Shown piece by piece: positions 1 to 11,300 of a DNA stretch of 64,000 nucleotides. Numbering within the stretch: position 1 is the stretch's first letter; each line of letters starts with the position of its first letter. The notes beneath the pieces were generated by a model, which searched no databases, had not been told where the DNA came from, and saw nothing but the letters and a program-made list of their open reading frames with translations. Position numbers and translations under genes: made by a program. Location of the stretch: contig NW_020845647.1 of assembly GCF_003704095.1 (NCBI RefSeq), positions 496,001 through 560,000 on the forward strand. The letters run 5' to 3'. This stretch comes from Pocillopora damicornis. Its lineage: Eukaryota.

Positions 1-2
1 AT

Positions 3-1571
3 TTCAATTGTTCAGGAAACAAATCCAGTGATTCTGATATACCAGCTTGTGAGGCAAATCTCACTTTGAATAACATTGTCACCAAGATCCGAAGCTCATT
101 TGTTTCGTACGTCATTGATGCGGTATATGCCCTTGCATATGCCGTGGACAGTATCTACAACTGTTCAACAACAAATGAAGCTGACTGTCCTTCAGTTAAA
201 CCGTTTGTAAAAGGAAGTGATGTACAGAAGTCCCTCAGGAATGTCAGTTTCCCCGGAGTGACTGGCAGAATTCGATTTGACAGTTCCGGGGATCCTTTAT
301 CCGCCTCGTATGACATCATCAGCTTCCAGCGTGTCTCAACCATTGGAACACCTCACAGAAAGGTTTTGGTGGGATGCTGGGACAAAGAAACTACACCAAA
401 GCTTCGTTTGAACGAGTCCTCTTTGCACTGGGGTTCCCTTCTCAATAATCTTTCCGTTCCAGCCTCATTCTGTGCACGCGAATGTTCCCCTGGCACCATG
501 AAGTCACCCACTACACCATGCTGCTGGGAATGCATAACGTGTCCACAGGGAACCATCAGCGCCGGTAACGGATCAAGTTCTTGTACGGAATGTCAGCCCG
601 AGACCAAACCAAATGATAAGCGCACAGAATGCGAGGATTTAACGGTCATCAATATCTCACTGATGAGTCCCACTGGAGTTAGTATTATTGCGATAACGTC
701 TATCGGTGTACTCTTCTTACTTCTTACACTATCGGTCTACGTTAAATTCTATAATACTCCAGTTGTGAAGGCATCTAGCAGAGAAATGAGCTTCCTGTTG
801 CTCTTTGGTATTATGACACTTTTTGCCCTCGCTGTCCTTGAGTTGGTAGAGCCGAGTCAAGCATTGTGCTACATCGTGTACGTTGGGCGTTATTTTGCAC
901 TGAATCTTTGCGTAACAGTACTCTTCTTGAAAACGATGCGAATTACAAGTGTTTTTCAGGTAGACAAAGTAGCAGAACTATTTACACCGTGTTTTAAGAC
1001 GATACAAAGGCAGACCATGACAATCATATTTATGAATTCAGTCGCTTTATCCCTAATAGCACTGTGGATGATGTTTGATCCTCCAAGACGCGAGAAACTC
1101 ATCCGTCCAGACGAATACATTTTTCTTGTGTGCAAACCTTTTGGCTTTAACACCGGCTTTTCGCTTTTCCTCGCTGTCTGCTCTTACACATCAACCGTGG
1201 CTCTCCTCTGCACCTATTATGCTTTCAAAGCCAGGGACATCCCCGAGAACTTCAACGAAACAAAGTACATTGGATTCTCCATGTACATTCTCCTGCTTTC
1301 ATCAATAGCATATTACCCTGTGGTGTTCAATTTTGAGAGCTGGTATGTGACTCTAGTGGCATGTTCAACGACGTTAGTAACCTCATTTGGGTTACTGATC
1401 TGCATGTACGGTCCCAAGATGTATATCGTTGTCTTGCAACCACAGCGGAACACTCTAGAAAGTGTACGTTCGCAAGTGTCTCAATATTCGTTTCACAAAT
1501 CGCGATCTCAAATATGGGCAGCATCCACGTCTGTTGGGAGTTTAAGCAATGTCCTTAGCAAGTCCACATAG
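3..1571 (+). CDS. Class C GPCR (CaSR/metabotropic glutamate receptor-like), 5' end outside window
   Basis: Frame is open from position 3 (FNCSGNK...), so the TTG start at 66 is not the real start. Contains the end of the Venus flytrap domain (YVIDAVYALAYA, FPGVTGRIRFDSSGD), the nine-cysteine domain (CARECSPG...CCWECITCPQG...CTEC) and a 7TM region with TPVVKASSRE and KARDIPENFNETKYIGFSM. No intron in the visible part. AATAAA at 2011. Confidence 0.93.
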   Translation, partial: FNCSGNKSSDSDIPACEANLTLNNIVTKIRSSFVSYVIDAVYALAYAVDSIYNCSTTNEADCPSVKPFVKGSDVQKSLRNVSFPGVTGRIRFDSSGDPLSASYDIISFQRVSTIGTPHRKVLVGCWDKETTPKLRLNESSLHWGSLLNNLSVPASFCARECSPGTMKSPTTPCCWECITCPQGTISAGNGSSSCTECQPETKPNDKRTECEDLTVINISLMSPTGVSIIAITSIGVLFLLLTLSVYVKFYNTPVVKASSREMSFLLLFGIMTLFALAVLELVEPSQALCYIVYVGRYFALNLCVTVLFLKTMRITSVFQVDKVAELFTPCFKTIQRQTMTIIFMNSVALSLIALWMMFDPPRREKLIRPDEYIFLVCKPFGFNTGFSLFLAVCSYTSTVALLCTYYAFKARDIPENFNETKYIGFSMYILLLSSIAYYPVVFNFESWYVTLVACSTTLVTSFGLLICMYGPKMYIVVLQPQRNTLESVRSQVSQYSFHKSRSQIWAASTSVGSLSNVLSKST

Positions 1572-2279
1572 ACGGAAATCTCCTACATATCAACTATTAT
1601 GGGAGAATCGTAAACGAAATAACTAGTGGGTTCAAAAGTCATCTTCATGACAAGAACGGCGTGCGTAAAACTTGACGACTTTGACTAAATCTTCCTAACA
1701 CAGGGGCTTCCGAGTAAAATATGAACAGCATGGATCCGTGTGAGGGAGAGTGGGGAAGAGGAATGGCGGACACTGATGACATTTCAGCAGACAAACTTAC
1801 TAACAGTTCTCTCAAATATTGGAAGCTAAGTAGCAAATGCCTTCATCCATGGTGAATATGTCTGTAGTGAAATGTGTTGCATAACATTAATGCTGTAAAG
1901 ACATTTCTTATTATTCAATCGTATTGTAAATTTTATCTTAAGTTATTGTATTGAAAGTGAAAAAAAAAAATCACACGGACTTTTTAGTGAAGATACTAGC
2001 TTGATGATTGAATAAAGGACAGTTGAATTAGACTGAGCAATGAGGGAAGCCAATTGATCTGTGATTATTCTACAAACTACGTCTCTCTAGTTACACGGTC
2101 ACAGTTCACTCGAAGAAAGATAACGCATCATAAAATGAGGGTGGATTCTACAGCAATTCTACTCTGTTTATTTCATTGAAAGACCGGCGAATTTTGTTCT
2201 GTTCATGTCAGCAATTACATTTCTAATTAACACTTAAAAGTTAAGCTGCAAAGTAGTCTTTTTTAGGACTACTGACCTA

Positions 2280-2575
2280 TTTAGCCAATAGGCTCCACGT
2301 GACCGCGCGTCTGCTAACTAATAGATCACAGATGACGTCAAAATGACGTAAGGTAAAAATAAAACCGTGGCATACAAGGTGCAGCTGAGTGTGTCTCTGA
2401 TATTCTTACCACGTCTTCTGTGATCCGTAAGTGTACAGACCCATGGCAACAAGGAATCAATTTGTTTACATAACAATGGAGTAAAAATTGTGAATGGTGA
2501 CGTCATCCGTGCGTCCGTTCTCTAATAGATCATAAGTAAAAGTCCAAATGCGCGTGTTATTCAGCTTATTATACA
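2280..2575. repeat. Interspersed repeat with internal inverted and direct repeats
   Basis: GATCACAGATGACGT vs ACGTCTTCTGTGATC (inverted), and two copies of CTAATAGATCA. CpG-rich island between convergent 3' ends. Confidence 0.5.
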
Positions 2576-2911
2576 GATCATCCGACTTCTGACTCAATTA
2601 CTTACCTTTTATAAATGAAATATTAAGATTAAAAGACACTGTTTTACATCACTTCAAATGATATCGAAAACTAATATTTGGTCAAATCTGTACGACTGAT
2701 TACATGCGTATCCCAATATGAACTTGTGTTATCATCATCCTGATTATTGAAACGTTATTTGTTTAACTTAAAATCCAATTGGCTAAGCTTTAAAATGACA
2801 TCAAAGAAAATCGTTTCAATTCTATCAGCATCAAAAATGCATCAACTGCATTTCCTTGGTTTCGATGACTGTCCTCTTCATGGAGGCGGCACTTTCTCGA
2901 AAAGCGTTCCT

Positions 2912-5900
2912 TTAATTAACAGGCGCATTCCACGTGAAAGGAGGTCCCGGTAGGTCATTTTCCTTGCTGTAGACAGCACACTTTTTAAAATCACAAGGCT
3001 TTGTGTACCAAGCATATCGTATTCCTTGCACAGACATCTCATGGGGGCAGTCCCCAGTTACGTGCACTGAGCTGAAGTCGCTTGAGACAATCTTGGCCTG
3101 AGTGATTTCGGATTGGCCAGGCAACGCGCAGTAGAACTATAGACAAATAATGTAGTTATGAGTTTGACATGAAAGCACGTTACCAGAATGTACTTACCAA
3201 TCAAGTGAAGAAACACATGGTTAAGGGTGTGGCCAACTTGGTAAACATGATAAATTACTGAACAACGTCGGGAAATAGAATTGACGAGTTACCTCGAATC
3301 CGTGGTCTGACCGCAGTTCAATTCCTCCTAAACCCACACTTTCGTGATGATATTTCACCGTCGCAATCCATGTTGTGTTAGACTTTGCTGGAGCGGTAAT
3401 TATAACATCAGATACAATTGGCCCAGAATAGTACACATCCAGATCCCCGTAGGCAACTGCTCGTCCGGCAAGTGCTAAACGATACCCAACGTCTTGTTTA
3501 TCATTTGGGTGGACACTGCCATATGGTGACGAGGCGTTTCCCAAATCCATCGCCACAGCCATGAATACGTTAGTTTCCCTGAGATTCGGCACATAGCCAT
3601 AATTGGCAGTTTGAGCCCATCGAATGACAGGAAATCCATCTGCAATGGTTGAGTCATTTCCATTGGCTGACAACTTGGGGTTTAAAACGAAAAACATTTT
3701 TTTCAAACTCTCTGCAAATGATCCCTCAATTTTAAAAACCAAGCAAAAAAATTGGGATCAATGTCAGCACCTACTCCTCCCTTTAACTAACAACAGTCAA
3801 CTGATAACAAAGTAGGGTTAATGTTGGGTCAGGGGAGGGGTAAGTGCACAGTTGTTAAGAGACTTTCATTGATCCAAAAATTGTTTTCATTACTTACTTG
3901 AACAAATCCAAAAGGAAATTCAGGGTCTGTGAGGTCGTCAGTTCCATAGAACCATTTGGATCGCCAGTCATCAATCATTGCAGGAAATGTACAGTTGTAA
4001 TTATATGGAGCTCCAGCATTTGCTTCACCTTGATACCAAATTGCTCCATATATGGTCATGTTCAGAAATGGATGGATCATTGCATTGTACAACACAGAGT
4101 GTGACTGGGGCCCCTTGAATGACTCATCTTCAGGCAACAAGTATCTTAAAAAAAGGCAACATGATTTTTAAAAGGTGATTTTAAAAATTCTACATTAGTA
4201 TTGAGTGTTTGCTTCTGGTAACAAATAATTCCTTTCCCTTTACACTCCCAGGTCCCAGGTCCCTAGCATTTACACCTTTCAGTAGGGCTAATCACAACAG
4301 TGAGCACATCATATACCTAACCACCTCATCAAAAAATATAGCTTGCCAACCATTAGCATGTGCAAAACCTGATCAGGTTATAAACTGATCTTGCAGTACA
4401 AAAGTTTGAAAATAAATAAGTTAGAAGTTAGTATGTCAAGGTTGTCAGCACCAGTATGTTCAAGAATCCAGGCACAAATCCTGGAAAAGTAATAGATAGT
4501 AAACTTTTTGTACTATATAAAACTGTTACTAAAGTATCATCATCTTGGTCCAGCATGCACAGTTAATTCTATGAGTGATTCTTTACCACAACCAAAAGTC
4601 TGCAGCACACTGAAAAACCTATCTCCCAAGGGACTTACAAGTTGTCTACTTTGTTGCCAGTTACATTGCATTTTCGCAAGGCATCTGGTGAGGACCAAGC
4701 TTCCACTGGCGTGCCTCCCCAGTCAGTGGCAACTAAACCTAATGGTCTCTTAAACTGGTCATAAAGGTTCTTGCCATAAAACCAACAGACAGCTGAGAAA
4801 TATTTCCAAGTACCTCCATTGACAGTTTCTTGGAGAAAAAAAAATAGTATGACAATTTACTAAATAAATAATTAGGTGTACTCGCTTTCAGAAAAGTGGT
4901 TTAATGGTTGTGTTAGTTTAAGTTTTGAACATCAAATTCTGAAACTGGCATCTGGTTTTGTTTTATATCATTTCATGTTTGATTCCCAATCTTAGCATAT
5001 TGTTATTGTTAATACTGTTACTTTATTGCCATTACTGTTACTAGAACCATTTTTGAGATGATTGCCATTTTTTTATTGATTTGATACCAACTAATGCATC
5101 ACTGTCAAAATGGAAATTGCCTTACCAGATGAAGCAACACTCCATGGCTGTTCAACTTCCTTAAGCTCATATAAAGGCGTTTCAGATTCAATAAGACTTG
5201 CAGTAAATAATCTGATTTCTGGATAATTGTCTGCCTCTTTGGATGCCTCTGAAGCATTGATTGCCTAAAATTATTCAGAGACAAGTACACCTAGCATAAA
5301 ATTTTACATAATATTTAAACTGAGCATGAACTGATATTTTACTAAGGAGGAAAATCTGCAAACTGGTCATAAAAAAAACTGTGCATGAGCCTTCCATGGC
5401 CAACTTTTTGTAATTTTCCTATCATTGACAAGTTAAGATTGACTGGGTCCCCCTTGACTGAGAGCCGAATGGATTGAGTGCAAGAAAACTTCAGAGTTAC
5501 AATGTCTTGTACTTGATGTTGTCCACTAAGATGATTCTTTTCTTTCTTGTCTTGAAGATCACCACAGGACAGTGCATGTGATCTATAAACAATAGGACAC
5601 AAAGACAGGCATACAGATATGCCTGTCTTTAGAGCAAGCCTACACCGTCAACTCTGCACATGTATAAGATGCACCACCAACCCACCCCCAAGAAAAAATC
5701 TGAGCATATTGACCCCAATTCCATCCCTTCTCCCCCAACCAGTAAAACCTGTTTTACAGGACAAAGAGAGATTCTCTTTGCATGAATCTTACAGAGTTGG
5801 AATTGAAAAACAGAACTTGGAAGATGGGTGTCTAACATAGAGAGAAATTAACAAAAGCCAGATCATGATCTAACTCCTGATTACCATCTATGATACGATG

Positions 5901-7860
5901 ACAAAATGCAATAATAACCTTGTTGTTCTTGTTCACTACAAATAAGATACTTTGGTAATTTATCAAATGAATTGGTCGCATAAATTGGCTATTGCAAAAT
6001 ATTTTAAAGCTGTTTCAAGCATTAGCCCTTTGGGTTACAAGTGTGTTTATATGCAGAAAATGGAGCTATGCTTTTGTTGGGAACATGTTCCCATAATAAA
6101 ATCCAATTATCATGTTATACTACTCCCATTACTACAAATAACAGTTACACACAAGAATTGAGTCCTAATTGCTTTCTACTCCATAAACCTGGATTTATGA
6201 AAAATTAAAAGGTTTAAAAGCTACTGAAAATTTAAATCTGGAGAAATTTGGTTTATATCCCCACATTAATTGACCTAAAATTAGTTTTTGATTGTCCTGT
6301 CTCAGTCACTCCATAAGAACTGAAGTTGCTAAAACAAACACACAAAATCTTAAGTTCTCTTAACTGAGTTGGAGATTAAACAAAGAGTAAAAAAGGCCAG
6401 TAAGGTTTTTTTTTTCTTCGTCCAATAGATGCTGGACAGCAAGTGTAGAAGAGACGGTATAAATTAATTTGGTGACTGTCTGGGTCATCTAACCACATGA
6501 TCAAGAGCAGGTACTGGTTTAGTGCTTTAGTACATAAGCATTTACCTGAGACACTGTAAACTGCATGTTGCTCTGTCCACTACACACCCAAACATCACCA
6601 AACAAAACATCCTCTAAAGTTATTGTCTTCATGACATTGTCCACTTTTGAAGTAGCAGTAATGTTATAGGGTCCACCGGCACCACGAGAATCTAAAGTCA
6701 CCTTCCATACTCCTGATCCTTCAGGACCTTCAAAAGGAGTAGGCATATTAAAAAAGAGAGAGTGAATAAAAGGCAGCTCTAGTGGCAGCACTTTCAATAT
6801 CTTTCATGTTAGACTTGGTCATTAACTGCAAAGTTCAGCAAATAAAAATTAGGAAGAAAGGTACACTCATTTGAGGAAACAAGGGACACAAGCTCTGCCC
6901 TCCCCCTCCATTCCTCATCAGAGCAAATCCTGATAAAGCAGTCCTTAATTATGTCATTAAAAATATTCTTTACCTAAATAACCTACATTGATAACCTACA
7001 TTACCTTGTTTTTCTTATTTTCTACAAATAACCAAAATACTATTCTTAAAAAAATAGCCTACATTTAATGGACCATCCCTAATACCAAGAAGACACTAAA
7101 TCTCCAACCCAGAGGACAAACAACATACACCACCACTCTATAGTGAGCACTCGTGTGATTAAGTGACAGACAGGAGACAGACAGACTCTCCGGTCATGTG
7201 ATATCCTTATTAGAGAGGTTTTACTGTGCATTATGTGTTCACCTTCTAATTATAAACGAAATGTCTGAGGGGAAAAAATCATATGCAGTATTGCATTTTC
7301 GTAAATCAAAAGAGTTAGTAGGCTTGAACCTCAACCCTAAGCATTCCCAAAACGTGAATCACACAAAAAAAAAACCAACAACAGTTTTGAAGGTACAACA
7401 TCATAGAATACTGAGATGCAACTATTTGGGGCTAGATTGAAGGTTCTATCTGTTTCCCCCTCGCTCGTCCCCTCTTTATCAAATTACTTCAGAACTATCC
7501 GTTCCCCTTCATCGGGGAGGTTGCTGACCATAAAAGAAACTTCAATCGGAAATTCACAACTAACTACAGAACACTTTACCCTCAGCTGTACCCAGGGAAT
7601 TTAATTTGCTCACCTTTCACTACTTCCGTCGTTTGAACTTCACCTCCCAACTTGACATCAACTGTTTGTCCTATTTCACCGAATCCCCATACCACTGCAC
7701 TAAAAGGTTTCATCTGCAGAACCATATGATCACCATATATGTTGGCAAAACGGAAAACACTTTCCAGTTTAACCATTTTGCTGAAAGCACAGACGTTTGA
7801 AGTGAAAAACGTCGCCTCCAAAACTAGAAAAATCGTACAAAACTTTGACACAAACATCAT
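2912..7860 (-). CDS. SIAE: Sialate O-acetylesterase (SGNH hydrolase), 7 exons
   Basis: Exons (minus): 7860-7614, 6727-6546, 5264-5126, 4828-4639, 4144-3898, 3673-3293, 3136-2912; all GT-AG and phase-consistent. Signal peptide, FANIYGDHMVLQ, GDVWVCSGQSNM (catalytic Ser), WGGTPVEAW, LYNAMIHP, IWYQGEAN, D...SVHPNDKQDVGYRL (catalytic His). Confidence 0.95.
3755..3875. mobile_element. Short MITE in SIAE intron 5
   Basis: Terminal inverted repeats GGATCAATG...CATTGATCC with internal CACCTACTCCTCCC / GGGGAGGGGTAAGTG symmetry. Confidence 0.55.
5950..6090. repeat. Degenerate copy of the Penelope-like repeat also at 43080-43260 and 63725-63990
   Basis: Shares TAAATTGGC...AAAGCTG...GCATTAGCCCTTTG and TTTATATGCAGAAA.TGGAGCTA.GCT blocks with the 63.7-kb copy. 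Confidence 0.6.
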
Positions 7861-8242
7861 AAAACCCAAGACGTGGTAATAAATACCGAAAGTTCTTAGA
7901 ACTATGTGAAACTGCGTGGTGGTCTCGTGACTACAGTACCTTTTCTTTGTCACATAATTTAAAATAAAGAAGTGGTTATTAAATATTGAAAGTAGACCAA
8001 TATCAGACACTTTTGTGATGATTTATTTATGTATGTACAAAGAACACTAGCTAAGTCAATTTTTTTTTCGTCTTGCAACATTGGAACTTAAAAATTTGGG
8101 TCTGGGTCTCCCTCCATTAACTATGGTTTCACCTACTGGGCTTAAATTTCCGAGTGATGTACTGCGTGACTGCGTGACATCAGCAGTATCCACGCTTTTC
8201 AGCGGTGTTCACCATTTTCCAATACGGGACTTTGTTTTATTC

Positions 8243-8255
8243 GTTTCTAGGCAAC
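8243..8255. promoter_or_regulatory. RFX X-box in the SIAE/GAS8 bidirectional promoter
   Basis: GTTTCTAGGCAAC fits the X-box palindrome, about 90 bp upstream of the ATG of a motile-cilia gene. Confidence 0.65.
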
Positions 8256-8343
8256 ACCTTATCTTGTTCGGTGGAAAAACTACTGCATTCTGTGTTTGTC
8301 GGAAAGTACCGTTGTTTTATAGCAAAAATCCGAGTTGTTCATC

Positions 8344-11300
8344 ATGGTAGGTGGCAGTTGATCACTATTCTATTTGAAAGATGGGTAAAGTTACGGTATA
8401 TTTTGAATCACTTCATAATTATTCACAATAACAGTTTACGGCACAAGTTGGTGAAAGGACACTAGATGAGCCAGTAGATATTTGCCTCTTATTCAAGACA
8501 TTATAAAACCATTACACTTGGTAGCAGTTGATCTAAGCAAGCTCTAATGAGTTTCTCAAAGAATATATTTCATAAAAGCTTGGTTTTAAAGGAAAATTTC
8601 CTTCAATAGCGATTTCGCAAAACGTATGTTTCACACTTAATTGTTCCATTTCTATGTGTATTTCAGAGAAAAACTTCTTGCACACTTTCAAAGATATGTT
8701 GAAAGTTACCTTAAAATGATTGAATTTATTTGATATTTACTCTGTAATGTGATGCAGGGTAGCATCAGCTTTGCTAGCTTTTGTTATATTTTGGACTGCA
8801 AGTCATTGTTAGTCATTAGTTTAAGTTCAATGACTGTGTGAATAAATGAAAATCATATTATCATATAACCTTAATCTGTAGTTCACATACATAATTTTCA
8901 TGTATTCACGGTCATTGATTCATCACTTCACAGGCTTCTTGCAAACCAACATAATAACAAGCTCTCAGTTGGCTTGTTAGTTCATTTGGTAGAACTGGTC
9001 ATGGGTTCAAATCCAGTACAGGCCTGGATTGTTTCAGGCCTTATTTACACTTCTGCTTAAGATTGCTTTTATTTTCATAAGGTTAATTTTGTGGACTTTT
9101 ATGACATTTATTTTATATTTTACATTATGGTATCAGGATCCACTTTAGTGAAATCTTGCTTTAGATATTGGGACGATTATTTGTATTGGCAGGAACTAAA
9201 TGTGTTAAACTTCAAATCAATTCCCTTTCTTTCACTAGCTATCCCTTGTGTTTATGATATGTAATTAGCCAATCAGCAAATTCATATAATTTTAACAAGC
9301 TTGTAAAAACCAACTTACTCATCTATACTTTAATTTTTCCACTAAATTCAATGGAACCATAGTCTCATTGGCTATTTTGGTAATGTAACAGAAAAAGGTG
9401 ATAATTCGATAGTGTGGGAAAATTATGTCAGTAAATAATCATGAAGGTATCAGTGGGGGGTGGGAAAGGTTTGATACATGACACATGAATTTAACACAAA
9501 GGCAAGATAAGATGAGATGTGAAGTTTTCTCTTTACTTTTAAATATCATGTTACGTGCAATACTAGTTAAACTGTATGTATGCATGAATTTTTTTAAAAA
9601 TTCATGTGAGAAACATAATCAGATACTCCTTGGCACCCTTTTAAGTGATCTATACTTTGACACAAAGTACTCATACATGTATGTTCAAGAGATTTCCTCT
9701 TTGTTACATCAATAGCCTCCCAAAAAGAAAAGTGGGAAGAAGAAGGGGAAAAAGAAATCTGCCAAGTCCAAGACACCTACAATAGTAGATGGGATTAGCA
9801 CAGAAGAGATGAGCAAAGAACAGTTGGAAGAACACATTGTGAGATTACGAGAGGAATTAGATAGGGAACGTGAAGAACGCAATTACTTTCAACTGGAACG
9901 AGATAAAGTGAATACTTTTTGGGAAATCACAAAACGACAGCTTGAGGAAAGGAAGGCAGAGCTGCGTAACAAAGATAGAGAAATGGAGGAGGCAGAGGAA
10001 AGACACCAAGTGGAAATTAAAGTTTACAAACAGAAAGTGAAACATTTATTGTATGAACACCAGAACAACATTGCAGAACTTAAAGCTGAGAGTAAGCAAC
10101 TTAAGATACACATTAAAAGTTCTTCACTTCGAGACTCACAAAATCAAAACATAATATGCTTTAAGCTATAATCAGTCATTGTTAGTGTATTTTGCTTGGT
10201 CTAGTTCTTGTGAACCACACTTAGTACACTCAACTGACAATTACAGTTCACTTAATTTTGATGATGACTTCTGCTCAGGTTGTCGAAACCTCAGTCACTT
10301 CTACCAATAACAGTCCTCCAGACTTACCTTCACACTGACAGTCAGACTATACCATCTCATGTCACCTCTGAGTTAAAACCATCCATTGAATGCTAAAGTC
10401 TATCTAAAACTTCTGTTGGTGTTTTTTCTAATGGCACTACATGTATGTTGGTGAGCAATGTAGTGAGAAAACCTTCATTGATCAGGTTTTTTGTTGTGTT
10501 AGAAAGAAGAGCTGTTTCTGATGCAGTAGATTTCCCAGTTTATTTATAGAGATTTTAGTGACAGTATAATAATTTTTGAAAATCACAAAGTTAACCAGCT
10601 CTTTGTTAAAACATTTTAAAAACAGTTTTTCATCATCATCTCCTGCTACTTTTATCAATAGGTGCTGTGGCGTTGAAGTTAGCACAAGACGACCACAAAG
10701 GCAATGAGCAAGACTTAAGAAAGGACAAGAGATCTCTCAAGGTACCTGGATATCCCTTCTGAATATTGTTGATTTTAGTGCAAAAAATTGTAGAAGAGTC
10801 TGGGGCTGATGTGACAAGTATTTGACTATTTCTCATGATTGTGAAAAATAGAATAAAATAAAAAGCATTAGTTCACATGTAATTAACCCTTGAACCCCTT
10901 GATGGTGACTAGCATGTAATTTCCCCTTACAGTAGTAATGATCACCAACTAAAATAGCTCTTAATTGTTGAACAAATTCTCCTTGTCAGCACCTTACGGA
11001 ATGTATAAAGAACAGTACAGAGTATGCATACTGCATAAGGGTGTAGAGGTTTAAATGTGTATGGAGAAGTAATCTTTTCTGAAATCAATATAAATCACTA
11101 GTCCTATCAGTGTTTCACTGGGCAGTCTTAACTTTAGAATTTGCAGTTTACCTAAAAACTGGGTGTTAAGACAGTGATGGTCACCAGTTAGATCAAGTGA
11201 GCAGAACAGCCCATCATGGGTGGTAGAGTTCCGATCATTATAGTACTGTCTATGAGGTTTTTCAATGTGAATTGAATCATGTTTCTTTAGGTGGAATTAA

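Noticed and set aside
8965-9045. tRNA gene
   Set aside because: A- and B-box-like sequence without anticodon arm or acceptor stem; better explained as a SINE. The same applies to the GGTTCAAGTCC at about 58568.
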